Positions 14,401-27,109 of a DNA stretch of 64,000 nt are shown here, piece by piece. This DNA comes from Diadema antillarum. Its lineage: Eukaryota. The stretch is taken from contig NW_027270933.1 of NCBI RefSeq assembly GCF_040938485.1, positions 930,001-994,000 on the forward strand. Reading direction: 5' to 3'. Within the stretch, counting starts at the first letter, position 1. Each line of letters begins with the position of its first letter. Under the pieces are notes generated by a model. It searched no databases, was not told the origin of the DNA, and saw nothing but the letters and a program-made list of their open reading frames with translations. The translations under genes were made by a program, and so were the position numbers.

Positions 14401-15911
14401 CCAGCAATTATAAGAGCTGTACTCTAGGGGCTCGTTATTTTATGTGTGGCTTTCTTACGTCATGCATGGTCCATCCTGGTGACGGTGAAGAGAAGAGATA
14501 GTCGCGGAGAGGGGATAAAATCTTCCTTTGGATTTCATCAATATTTCAACTGTTCTGTTGCACACTTTGTTCCCTTTAAAATGTATGCCTACATGTTGTG
14601 TTGTACCAATATTCAAATACAATCGATATGTCTCGAAATGTGAAGATAATCGCGAAAATAAATCATCTTTTCAACTCACGTGCCACATTAAGGCGCTGGT
14701 ATCTTCATGAATATTTATGGGAAAGAACAATATTAATATCCGCAGAAAAGAGAAAACGACGTTCATGGAAGGCATACAAAATGTTATTTCTTTACTGTGT
14801 TTCTATAAAGATCTGTGCAGACTGTAAGTCTAATTGCAATGTCTATTCACACGTCCCTTTACAGGTTGTATCTACGCCAAATAGGATCCACAGCACCAGT
14901 CTCATCACATCAGGATCACCTGTGGACTTTGTCAGCCCTAACTTGCCTAACGTCTCATTCCAATCTACAAGAGCTGCTGTTTCCATAATGCCACCGGCCA
15001 GTGCCTCAAGAGACTTCATGGAGGAACAGGCAAATATCCATCGCCTTCGACGGGATCGACTCAAAGACGCGTGTCAGACATTCGGTAACGACGTCGACAG
15101 CGAAGGTCCTAATCTGGGTACGTCGATCATTGTCGATGACAAATACAAGCTCATGTATTGCTACGTACCCAAGGTCGCCTGCACAAGCTGGAAGCGCGTT
15201 TTTCTCGTCCTCAATGGTGTCATGAAATATCTAGATGAGCTTCCACAGCCTGTCGTCAACAACAAAGTGGGACCACGTAAACTGAAATTCATCCGATCCT
15301 TTAACGTTAGTAAGCATAAAGAAATCTTGCAAAATTATACCAAATTTTTGGTTGTACGCCAGCCTTTCCAACGCCTCCTCTCTGCCTACAATAATAAACT
15401 CTACGCAGGCTCAACCTCACCGAGTGCGTTGCCATTCCAGAAGACCGATGGGGTTCATATTCTTGATACGTACCGCTTAAATAATTCTCACCTTTATGAC
15501 ACCAAGACGAAACGAATAGAATTACAGAACCGAATAATTGATTACAATTTGCAGTTCGAAGAATTTGTGAGGTTTCTGACAAACTCGTCTGAACCGAGTC
15601 ATCGACGTAACAATCCCCATTGGAAAGAAATCTACAAGACTTGTTGGCCGTGCCACATTCAATATGACGTCATCAGTCATTTCGAAACGCTGGAGACGGA
15701 CGCGAACTACATTCTTCGCCTAGTCAAGGCCGATGGCATTGTGCATTTTCCCTCTGCTAATGGCAGTAGTCCTACACACAGCTCTGATCAAGCTATCTAC
15801 AAGACTCACTACTCGCAGGTCTCACCAGAGGACTTACAGAGACTCTATGAGAGATATAGACCTGATTTTGAACTCTTCGGATATGAGAAGCCAAGTTTTG
15901 AAGAAACATAA
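9474..15911 (+). CDS. Carbohydrate sulfotransferase 2 of cluster, predicted join(9474..9597,10413..10477,14865..15911), 411 aa (in-frame upstream ATG at 9432 possible; exon-2 acceptor could be 10428)
   Basis: Catalytic exon has YCYVPKVACTSWKRV, VRQPFQRLLSAYNNK and YRPDFELFGY. Exon 1 encodes MTSSTAKKSIFIGIIVLAIASILTAYVGV (TM) and ends C|gtaagt, phase 1. Exon 2 follows a long pyrimidine tract and ends AAG|gtaagt, phase 0. The acceptor ttacag| at 14864 is phase 0. The first ~89 codons of the 437-aa ORF in the track are probably intronic. Confidence 0.86.
12590..13062 (-). mobile_element. Degenerate, internally deleted CR1/Jockey-group RT fragment
   Basis: Translation gives ALDFSKAFD...VPQRKVLGPILFISFINDI followed directly by YKNSFFPRTLLGRNALP, with stops. 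Confidence 0.75.
13063..13420 (+). mobile_element. tRNA-derived SINE with L2-like 3' tail
   Basis: A box TGGCTTAGTCGG, B box GGTTCGAGCCC, central GTCCCTCGGACAGGAC...GGAGGTCC, tail GGACCCCATGGAAGACCAG...AGCTGAATATGGGCTACC and (AAAC)n end. Fragments of the same family lie on the - strand at ~27540-27600 and ~30935-30985. Confidence 0.8.
13650..13790 (-). mobile_element. Short LINE ORF2 3'-end remnant
   Basis: Translation ARTLDY*RFFFPDAIRLWNTL matches the FFP...LWN.L terminal motif of CR1/RTE-like ORF2s. Confidence 0.5.
13896..14189. mobile_element. TTAA-flanked palindromic MITE (Kolobok/T2-like)
   Basis: TTAA-AGGGGATG...CATCCCCT-TTAA with ~95-bp inverted arms. A right-half copy lies at ~63371-63462. 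Confidence 0.82.
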
Positions 15912-17012
15912 GACTCATATATTCTGTGTAACTGCAAATGGACATATTTTCGCTTAATTCTTCTCCATGGCATTATGTCTGCCAGCGGACATGCTTCTTT
16001 CTGCTTCTTCTTACTGATGGGACGGTATCACTTTGTTTCCATGTCAACAACAACAGACGAATGGAGAACAAGATTCCGCGACTGATTAGGGGTACTTCCT
16101 AATGTTGATGTTGACGAAGTTATCGAAGACTCATAACGCCTTGTCTCATTTATAAAAAAAAAATCGGCCCGAGGACTTATCTCCTAATCAAACCATTGCC
16201 TAACATGCGGATATACGTATACGAATATTTATATATGAACATATGTCACCCTTTAATGCATATCACATTATGATAAAACACTCATAAAGATTTCCTTTAA
16301 AAAAATCTGTGATGTAATCGTGTAGTGTATCCTTCGTTGTTCTCGCCTTACAACAAAAAGAGAAACGTTAAAGTTCCCACTCAAGATAAGATATCTATTA
16401 TTTTTTAAATGACGCACAGAGATTTGCAGTCGTCCTACGGAAATTAAACACGGAATATCTTCTCCACATAAAACTCCAAGCACTGTGGAATGTATTACCT
16501 TCTTCAGCAATTTGTTAGCATTCGAGTGAAAGCAAACATTTATGTATGTATTGGAGTGTTTGCATGACATTTAGACAAATCGGGACAATGATTGATGAAG
16601 GTATATTTACAGTAGCAATTCTTGACTTCTGTGGGATTGAATTATTGGCATTTACTCGAGGTGTCATGTTGAAGAGGGATAGTAGAGTGACTAAGAATAA
16701 ATGAAAAGAGAGACATAGTCTACATCCATACCGTATAAAGTGATGGTGTGGTGAAATACGACGCCATTTAAGACCATGTCTAGAATTTTGCATTTCCAAA
16801 ACAAGTTTAGATAAAGCCCATAGTCAAAATGCTTGTGTATTCGCGTCGTAGCAGTACAGGCCTATATCACAGGCCTTGATAGGGTCGAAGAATTGCTTTC
16901 TTTTGTGTTTTTATTGATGTATTTTTGTTTTATTATGACATGTCGACACCTCTTCATATCATGGGGCACTATACCGCCAACTGGCCGGGTACATGAACAT
17001 GAACGTGTGTGA

Positions 17013-17052
<40 letters not shown>

Positions 17053-17182
17053 TATGCGTGTGTGTCTGTATGTGCGTATGTAAGTTTTAAAGCTAAACTA
17101 TCAATATGCCGCGTGTCTACGCATTATTTTACAGAATTACGTTTGCATCCCATTCCACTTGAGGAAGACTTTCTACTCCGAG

Positions 17183-17473
17183 TTAAAGGGATGGTAAAGT
17201 TTTAATTGTGGTCCTGATAAAAGGTGGGTCCCATCTTTTATTAGGACCAATTTGTTTTTGTATTATATCCCCGCCATTTCAAAATGGATTTTCATTAGAA
17301 AAAATATAAACTTTGAATTCCTCTAAGAATTGTATATGATCTTTCATATTTTATCAGTGGTTTGATGAATATCAGTTTTGAATGGCTGAGATAATCCGAA
17401 AACAAAGTGGTCCTAATAAAAGGTGGGTCCAACCTTTTATTGGGACCACAACCAAAACTATACAATCCCTTTA
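17183..17473. mobile_element. TTAA-family MITE (AAAGGGATGGTA...TACAATCCCTTT)
   Basis: 12-bp TIR with 1 mismatch; internal GGTGGGTCCCA motif shared with copies at 45108 and 55962. Confidence 0.72.
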
Positions 17474-20211
17474 GCATGCAGTCTATGTCATCAAGTTCAA
17501 TTCAATTCAGTTGACGAAAGCATGAAACAAAATGCAAAGAATACATTGCACATATCATTTTTTAAATCAATTTGCAAGAAATACACAGTACAGTGTGGAT
17601 CATAGTGTACGCCAATATGATGAAATAATCTTCAACCTATAGTCGAATACCCAAGAAGAGCGATTGCATACTTTGCAAGGTTGACAGAAAAGTAAGTATA
17701 ATGATGGCAAAGAATGGTCCACTGAAAACAAAGCTTGTAAAACGTTGATCATTCAATGCCCAATAGGCTTAGTGTAACTACGTATCATCCAAAATCTATT
17801 CATATTTAGCTAAAATATAGACTGATAGATATAATGCATGTAATAAGCAACATCAATTTAAAAGATAGCTCTTCTACAGTACGAGAAGATACAAAATACT
17901 AATATGACAAAGCTAACAGTGTTACAACCTACAAACACTATTAACTGAACTGCGTGTACCAGGAAAATTAAGTGCAAAACACACAAAAATATGATATACA
18001 AGCACACAGACGCACGCGCTTGCCCACACTCATGTAATATTCGTGTTCGTACTCCTCCCAATTTTATTTTAATCCAACGGAGTGAAACAATATTCAAGCA
18101 ATACACATGCATACATGTAAAAGACTCGACATCGTATAAGGGAGAGAGCAAAATGACATTACAAAAAGACAAAGTACAGGAAGAGAGACGACAGAAAAAA
18201 AAAGGAGAAGGAGCAGAGAAGGATGTAGAGAGGTCTATTACAGTATAACACGCCGCTCAGTCGTTAGCACAGGAGAACACACAGATGCTATTACATGATA
18301 TTAGTTTAATTATCCAGAGTTGTTTGTTGAGTGTAAATATTGAGAGGTAATGTCACTACATGGGTCAGACATGCAGTACTTGTTATTATCTTAATCGCTT
18401 TCATGAAAGCTTGTCATGTATATTACATGCATTGATGATAAAATCTCTTGTTCAACGTTGGCCCACTTTGCCGCTCTGGGCTAGAACTGGAATCCTAAAC
18501 AGTCCATATGAAAACTCATTGACACAATGAACTCAATATTGGCATATACCTGCAACATTTATAAGTAGTACTATTTTGTGCAACTTTTTGTTCCATTGTA
18601 ATCACATCTCGTCCATACCTTTCCACTTTATTTTTTCCTTCTATTTCCTTTCCTTCTTTCTTTCAATGGCGTACAAAGGCCACTGGCTTCAACTGAATAT
18701 TTTCAACAGAATGTAATGATATAGATTTTCATTATATATCAATACAAACACCAACCAACGCACTTCTTGACCTTGCAAAATAGCAACCTAATATCGCTAA
18801 GTGCACTCGAGTGATTGTTTGAGTGATCAACTCATATTCAACAGCAGTAAGCCAATTGTAGCCCACGTATCAGTGGATGCACACAGAAGGAAAAACGGTA
18901 GTGTTCCTTCTGCTGTGCATTAGAATCATCGCGGCTTTTTGAATGGCGCCACTGCCTGCTTTCGAGGCAAATGCTGCTCTCATCACGAAGTGCTAGCTGC
19001 TGCTGCTGCTACCTACCGGTATTGCTGTTAATCATATTACTTCTGAAATGTGCTGCATAAATTATCTGCCCACTACGTCATTACTTTTGCTTTCTCACTC
19101 AAGCTGTTGCATCGCATGATAATCATAATTACGCAGTTGCTCATGAGAGGGAATTATCCACAGTTACCATACAATATCAGGACTAGGACTGTAAGGAATC
19201 AGGACTGGTATGTAACATGCAAGCTCCATCATTTCGATTAAAATCAATATCTGGGGTTGATTTAATCAATAGTGACTCCCAATAACAGCTTTGCAGTGAT
19301 ATGAATAACTGATGTGTGTCATCAAACCAAAAAAGAAAAATGTGCAGTGGAGAATAAAAGTTTACTGAACATCCGACGGGGGAAAATTGATTCTTTCGGT
19401 TGACGTTAATAACCTTGCTGATAGTGGTTTTTGTATCGCCTGTGATAAATTAAATCATATTGATAAGAAATGCTTACATGATAAGAATGAAAATCTTTAA
19501 GAGCCATACAAACGGGTTTTTTTTTCAGACGTTTCTTATCTTTTTTTCCATTTGTCTTTAAAAAAAAAACCCTTTGCTTGTCCCACCCATTCATCAAACA
19601 AGAGAGCACAGTAACCATGGTAACAGACAATGAAGCATTCAAGCTTGATATGGCAATCCATTCAATCTGTTCGTGCTGTGTGTTTATGTGACGTTCTGTC
19701 TTTTGTCAATGTTTTGATGTAAACAAAAGTTAACCTTGTCTTTTATTTAGATTATGGATTATGCATCATTCAATGTCCATGTGTAAAGATGTATGTAAAG
19801 AAAAACGGACATTGGTTTGTAATGAATGGATATTGTTGTGTGGAATACCTAATAGGAATCAATCAGATGGAGACGAGCATAATGCATGCGCAACATGTTT
19901 AAACAGATTGTTTAAACACACCCTCCGATTGTTGACTGCAGGAACCGCAGCAATACTAGCAGTGGATTAATGTCTGCAATTAGATTGATATTTCCTAATC
20001 GAACATAATTGCTTTTCCAGAGCCGACCCGTCTGGCCAGTAAGCATCAGAATCAACAACCTCGTTAATAACAAGTAGTAATTGAAGGCTGTTCTTTTTTC
20101 TTTATTTTCCAGAGTTCCACGGGTGCCGAGCGGTTCGTTTGTGATGAGGGCTGCTCACTGTGGAATCTGCTTTGGCTTGTCTCAGTCACAATTCAAGAAA
20201 GGAGGAGATCA

Positions 20212-20635
20212 GTGGCGACGTGGTCGTCGTTCTTGAAATCTTCTCCTTCCAATCCTAACCGACCCATTCCACGATTGATCTCGTCCATGGCGTTGACGGA
20301 AACTCTGCGCGGGCGCCATCCGTCGTCGCCGATCATAACGGAAGGAAAAATCCTGAAGATCCTCCTCTCCTCCACCGTTGTCATGATCATGATAATCACG
20401 ATCTATCTTGTCCACAACAATCCACAACAGGTCCTTACTAAGACCCTGCTCTCAGGTTTGTATATAGAGAATACGTGACGGCAGCTAAATTCCCATCACC
20501 GCAGTATCATACCTGCAACAAGTAGGCATAAACAGCAGAAGCCATCGGTTCAGAACTAGAGTTGTTGTTAACACACTGGCCCATAGATCTCTCTCTCCTC
20601 CTCTCTCTCTCTCTCTCTTCTCTCTATCTTGCATA

Positions 20636-20666
<31 letters not shown>

Positions 20667-21385
20667 AGTACACACACTTTTGTGTTTTTCAGTACGATTT
20701 ATTTGATTTCTTTAATTTCGCATAACAAAAGCATTCATCTTGAATGTTTAAACACAATATGCTTTCAACAATATTTTGATACAAAAAAAAATCGGCGCGT
20801 GACCTGAAATACATACAACTTACATTCATACATAGACTTGGATCTGCCAAAACAAATAGGATTCCCTCCCTACCTGTCCTCTACCCACCATCCTCCTCCA
20901 TGCAGTACCAGGGTCCCCGCCCATATCTCAAACTCTGTACTTCAATAAAGTATTTTTTGATCAATCAAAGTCCACAATATATTCATATCTTGTGATGACA
21001 TACATCATTGAATTTGAATTGAATTTATTTATTTCCGTTAAAAATCACATTACATAATTATAATCATTGCATAAACAAAATAGTACATAAAATGAACGGA
21101 AGGATAGCCCCACTCAGCTATGTTTGTCATAACACATCTGTTTTCCAGAGGGGTCCTAGAAATAACAATGTTGTGATACACATAATGATAAAGACATTAA
21201 TAACTAATACATAATAATGAAGAATATCAATAAGTCTTAAATCAAACCAAAAATGAGATTAAGATAAGAACAAATGGAAACATACCTCTGACACCTACCA
21301 GTTGAATCAAATACATTGCAACCCCAATTATCCCATCATTATGACTCACTCTCTTCCCCCCCCCGCCCAAAATATCCATGATACC

Positions 21386-21433
<48 letters not shown>

Positions 21434-24400
21434 CATTAAAGCCATTTTGGTATATATTGATCAATTTCTTTAAGAAACAAATTATATGAGAATAAACATT
21501 TAACGTCACGTGGTAAATCATTAAAGTAAGAAGCTCCACGATATGAAAACATTCTTTTACAATAATCAGTGTGAGGCTTTGGTAAGGAGAGATTTCCATA
21601 GGAGCGTAAATTGTATGGATGTGAAACAAATTGAAATAAATTTTGCATATATGGTGCGCTGATATCATTTAAACTTTTGTACACCAAAGATATAGAATGT
21701 TTAATACGGCGAGATTTCAGGGATTCCCAATTCAAAATTTGATGTAATTCATGATTGGATATATGTTTATAGGGACTTATTCCAAGTATTATTCTACCAG
21801 CCCTGTTTTGTAATTTCTGCAGTCGATCGGTATATTTCAGGTGGGAGGAATCATACACTATTTTATCTGCGTAATCAAACAAAGGGAGAATTATTGTGTT
21901 GTAAATCAATTTCAAATTACATTCATTAATATAAACTCGAAGACGACCTAAAAAATTAACAAATTTACCAATTTTTTTACAAAGATATTCAATATGATCA
22001 TTCCATTTCAATTCTTGGTCTATTATCACCCCTAAGTATTAAACGGCTTCTTTGCATTGAATATGTTTTCCGTTAATATAAACATTTAAATCTTTGCGTT
22101 TTGTCAACATTGCACGGGTACCAATCAGTATACTCTCCATTTTATCAACATTCAAGCTAAGTTTGTTCAAACACATCCAATCATGTATGCGTTCCAAGTC
22201 TGTGTTCAGAAAATAATCTATACAATTAACATCTTTGTGAGAGTAATACAAAATAGTATCATCTGCATAAAGTTGTAGGTCGCAGTGTTGTACCTGCTGA
22301 ACTATATCGTCTATATAAAGGGTGAACAGTAGTGGTCCAAGGATTGAACCTTGAGGTACGCCGTAATTGACATCAACAAACTCAGACATTTCAGAACAAA
22401 AATAAGTACATATTTGACGATTGGTCAAATAACTTTCAAACCAGGCAAAACTATTTCCTTGCGCACCAGCACCCATAAGTTTCTTTAATAGAATATTAAT
22501 GTCAGCCGTATCAAATGCTTTTTTTCATGTCGATAAGAACTGCTCCTGTGTATTGACCATTGTCAGATGCGTTTAACCAATTGTCGCAAACACGTGCAAA
22601 AGCTGTCACAGTTGAGTGATTTTGCCTAAACCCTGACTGTTTCTCCGAAAGTATATTACTAGATTTTAAAAACTCTGAGAATTGCTTGCCTACAATCTTC
22701 TCGAGGATTTTTGAGACAGAAGGTAAAATTGCAATTGGACGATAATTACAAGGAAATGTTTTATCACATGATTTATGCAAAGGAATAATTTTTGCCTGTT
22801 TCCAGCGTAATGGAAAATCGCCTTCTGACAGTGACTTATTAAAAAGGTAAGTAAGACAAGGGATGATGACGGGAGCAGAAATTTTTAACAAGTGCACAGA
22901 AATTCCATCTACACCAACAGACTTCTTGTTTTCCATGCCCCTGATAATATCACTAACTTCATTCTCAGAAACAGTTTGAAAAGAGAACTTGGGAGAAGTT
23001 TGCACGGAAGAGTTAGAGGAGTCAACGTGATACGAGGCATGAGACGGAAGGGAAACAGATGGAATATTCGATGCTAGTTCTGACCCAATATTTGCAAAAT
23101 ATTGGTTACAAACATTGGCTTCTGATCTGTCACTACTAGATTTATCATGTTGAGAACTGTTTGGGGAACGATGTGGGAGAACAGATCTAAACACATTCCA
23201 CATTTCACCGGATGTCTTTGCGGAAGCTAATTTATCGTTTTGCATCTCCGTATTTTAAGTGTAACATGATTTCGTATAATTTCCTGTATTCATTCCAAAG
23301 TTCCTCATGTTTTCTTTTCAGCTCGATTTTCGTGGACTCCTCTTGCGTCTTTAACAATTCAAACTTTACTTTATGTGCTTATTTTTTCTGTTTGTCCCGA
23401 TCTTTGATTAATTCAATGATCTCTGGAGACATCCAAGGACAGAATCTGTTCTTTACACGTTTGTGCCGAATAGGCATATGATTGTTTATAACTTCCATTA
23501 ATAATTCTTCCCATTCTTTAACGGCTTCCTCCATGTTGTGTTTATCGTACACATTATGCCATGGTTGCGATCGTAATTGATCAAGAAATGAGTTTTCATC
23601 AAAATTTTTCATTTTTCTGTAAGATACTATCTCAGGGGCTTTAATACAGACATTATAATTCCAAATCAAATAACAGATTGAGTGATCACTTATCCCTGAA
23701 TGTATAACATTCCCTGAATGTATAACATTCAACACCATGGGACTTGACCATATCGCGAGAGTTTGTCATCATATGATCGATTAAACTAACTGAAACATCG
23801 GAACATCTTGTATACTCTCTTGTATCAATCTGAGTTAATGAATAAATAATGCTTATTTGATTAAGATGTTTAGTTTCATTGCTTATTGGATCTTTCATAA
23901 TATCGCAATTGACATCACCCTTAACAATAACATTTCGGCCAAAAGAGTCAATAAATGAAATCAATTGTTCATAATAATCAAACACACAAATTGGGCTGTT
24001 AGGCGGACGATACCATGTCACAAAAATGAACGCTCTCGAGTGATCAGGAGTAATTATAAGAGGAATAGCTTCTAAATGTTCTAAGCTGCTGTGTTTCAGT
24101 ACATGATAGTGTAAGTTATTACGTATGTATACAAGAACACCACCCCCGTGTCTATTTCTATCCTTTCGAACCATGCGGTAACCGTCTATTTGAATCTCAT
24201 GATCCAATACTGTATCATCTAACCAGGTTTCATTTAATGATAAAATATCAATACCATTTTGAATTAAGAACAAATGAATTTCAGAGAGATTTCTAGTCAA
24301 ACTGCGTACATTCAGATGTAAAATCCGAAGTCCTTTTTGTGATAATTCTTTAAACTTCAAACTATCATTTTGACATTTAACAGAACGCGTTTTATTGATA

Positions 24401-27062
24401 AAATTACTATATTATTGGGAGGCAATTCATCTTGCTCTACATAGTTTGGTAAATAATGTAACATACATTTAGAACATTCCCAATTTAGAAATTCATGACA
24501 TGGATCATCATACTCACTTTCAGAGATCCCAGCACACTTGATATGAACCCAATTGTGACACTTAACACATTGTATTCCTTAGTGATTATTTCTTACTGGC
24601 TTTGAACAACTAATACATGGATAACCCTTTACCATTGAAATATTAAAAATCAATATGATATGGTGATAGAAATCAAATGTCCAGTGTCATTTGTTTTTCA
24701 ATTTTCTAAATTAGCCTTTAGGAAGATCGTTTTCTCCACGGATCCCTCGAGTTACAAACTTTCCTCCCGTCGCCCGGATCAACGCAACAATCTTCCCGTC
24801 CGATGACCATGCGTCTTTTACTGCCGAATGCGCTCTGGTTTTGGCGAGAAGGTTTTGGTTTTTCTTTGTCAGGTGTTCCTGAATTGACATGCGCGAGCCC
24901 TTTAGGAGTTTGCGATTTTTGATAACCTGCATCCTGGTCTGGTATGACACAAACTTGACCAGTAGTGGTCGTGGTGCCGTGTGACTATTTGGATGGCTTT
25001 GGTCCTCACGCCGCCCTTTTCTAGTTTGAATGCGACCGCTAGCTGGCGCTGGCGCTCCCCCAGATCCTTCGTTTCCTTCGTTGCCATGGTTTCGACGCTG
25101 AAGGCGATGTGATCTGTCTATTTCAGATTGCTGGAGATCAACATGCAGTTTTTCCCGCGCTAATTTGCACACTAATTGGGTGGTGTCTTCTTCTTTTGAC
25201 TCCGGCACCCCGAAAAAGAGTAAACAATTCCGCTTGGAGTATTGTTCGAGGTCGTTACTTTCTTTTTCCAGGCAGGCGATGCGCGATTGGTATCCTTCAA
25301 TCACCCTATTCAACTTCTCTATCTCTTTTTCGTGCGATAGCTGAGTTGTCTCTAAATCCATTATTCTGCCTTCTTGTCTCTCAATGCGGTCCACCAGCTT
25401 AGCAAATTCTTCACTCGCAGCTTCTTTCACAGCTTGACGAACAGCTTCAGCCAAGCGTTCACTGCTCAGGATTTTATCAACGGCATCATCAATTGATTTC
25501 GGATTTGGCGCCATTTTGAATTTTCGGTGCGTGTAGAAAAAAAAAACACACTCACACACACAAGTGAAATCTCTGACAAAGTCACAAATATGATAAAAAA
25601 TCAGGCGATGTTACTATAAACCAGCTTTCACAGAAAAAGAGTAAGAACAAACATATATCCGTGTAGTTGCGAGATGTTATCCGGGACAGGAAGGTAGCAA
25701 TAGCAGTTCCATCATGATATATAGTTCGGGATCCGCGAGAATATGTAGGCAAAAATCTCACAGTCACATCATAGTTTTACTCTCTTCTGTCTAACTATGA
25801 TTGACAGTGAGTTCCGAGACCAATATGAAACGATTAATGGGCCATGTATCTTGACGAATGTTCAAGCGACATACCTAGTATAGCAGCAGTCAATCAGTCG
25901 TTAAAAGTGTGCATGTGGGACCATGCACGTCGCTGACCAATATATCAAGTCAAATCATTGAAGGTACAGAGACCAATAACATTCACAGATTCTCTCGGAC
26001 CAAAAGCAAATTTCAGTTGTCCCCTGGGCAAATCATACACTCTGATAGGAAAATACACAGTTCGGAATGGAAAATGTAAGATCTAGCAGAAATGACAGAA
26101 AATGTCAAATCCAGGCAGAAGCTACAGCCTGTTCAGGTGCACAGGGCCCATTGCGAGTTTGGTGCACAGGGTCCATTGCGAGTTTGGGCCCATTCAAAGC
26201 ATTGCCATTGGCAGTGAGAGAAAGTAGCAGAAAAAAGAGAAAGAGAGAGAGAAAAAAAATAGAATAATACGCGTTAACAGCAAGCTCCTAAAAGAAGTAC
26301 AGAAGTTTGAACCCTATCAAACTAACAAACCCCGGTCGCACCCTAAAAATCAAATAAACTACACTTATTGATTTATTCAGTCATATCAAATAATTAACAT
26401 ATTCCTACTTTATTAAATGCTGAGCTAATTTTTTCCTCTCCATTGCCAATTTCATTTCCTTTTCAATATTTTCCCGTATTCTCTTCTGAATTATATGGAA
26501 TGATGGTAAAAAACGTGTACTTCTGGAGTTAAAGATGATATGTTTCAGCAAAATAATTAAAGAATTAGCTTAATTCTCACTGAGCTCAACGCATATCACG
26601 TATTTCATCAACATCATAAGATAATATCACTGCTCTCCATATATCTGTTACTATCTCTCCATATATATTTTACTATCCGACATTACAAAAAGAACGCAAA
26701 CTGTTTGCTACAACACCAAAATTTAAAAGTTGCTCTTTGGTCTAAACCACTCCATGTAACGACTTTAACTGAAATTCTCTGTGTTTACAAAGAAGCGTTG
26801 TGGATCTTGGTCTAACAAATATTTCTTTATTTTTTTCTTTCGTATATTCAAAATGATCATGACCATCTTTCATTTCTAAATCGTACAATTTTTGCAAATT
26901 ATTAGTAAAGAAATTATACATTTTCCGTGAATCTACATCTCTTAATTGTATTTTTTTGCCCTAAAATCTTCAATTCGAAATCAAACGTGACCACATCTAT
27001 ACTGAAATTTAACAATCATCCTCTTATTCTTAAAATCATTAATAATTGGTAATACAGCTGTA

Positions 27063-27109
<47 letters not shown>

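Larger units (their letters stand above)
21008..25900 (-). mobile_element. Decayed near-full-length CR1/L2-group LINE, antisense in intron 1 of CHST gene 3 (5' boundary approximate)
   Basis: ORF1 plus a fragmented PHD-EN-RT ORF2. The 3' UTR has a GGACCCCTCTGGAAAACAG...GCTGAGTGGGGCTATCC stem region and ends in AATAAATAAATTCAAATTCAAATTCAA tandem tail repeats at ~21008-21035. Confidence 0.88.

Noticed and set aside
14598-14864. N-terminal 89 codons of the 437-aa ORF as the true start of CHST gene 2
   Set aside because: No proper TM signal-anchor, AT-rich intron-like composition, and a good phase-0 acceptor at 14864 that joins upstream exons. A phase-1 acceptor at 14820 remains a minor alternative.
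18888-18931. Short hairpin TGCACACAGAAGGAA...TTCCTTCTGCTGTGCA as a miRNA precursor
   Set aside because: The stem is only ~16 bp, too short for a canonical pre-miRNA, and there is no other support.
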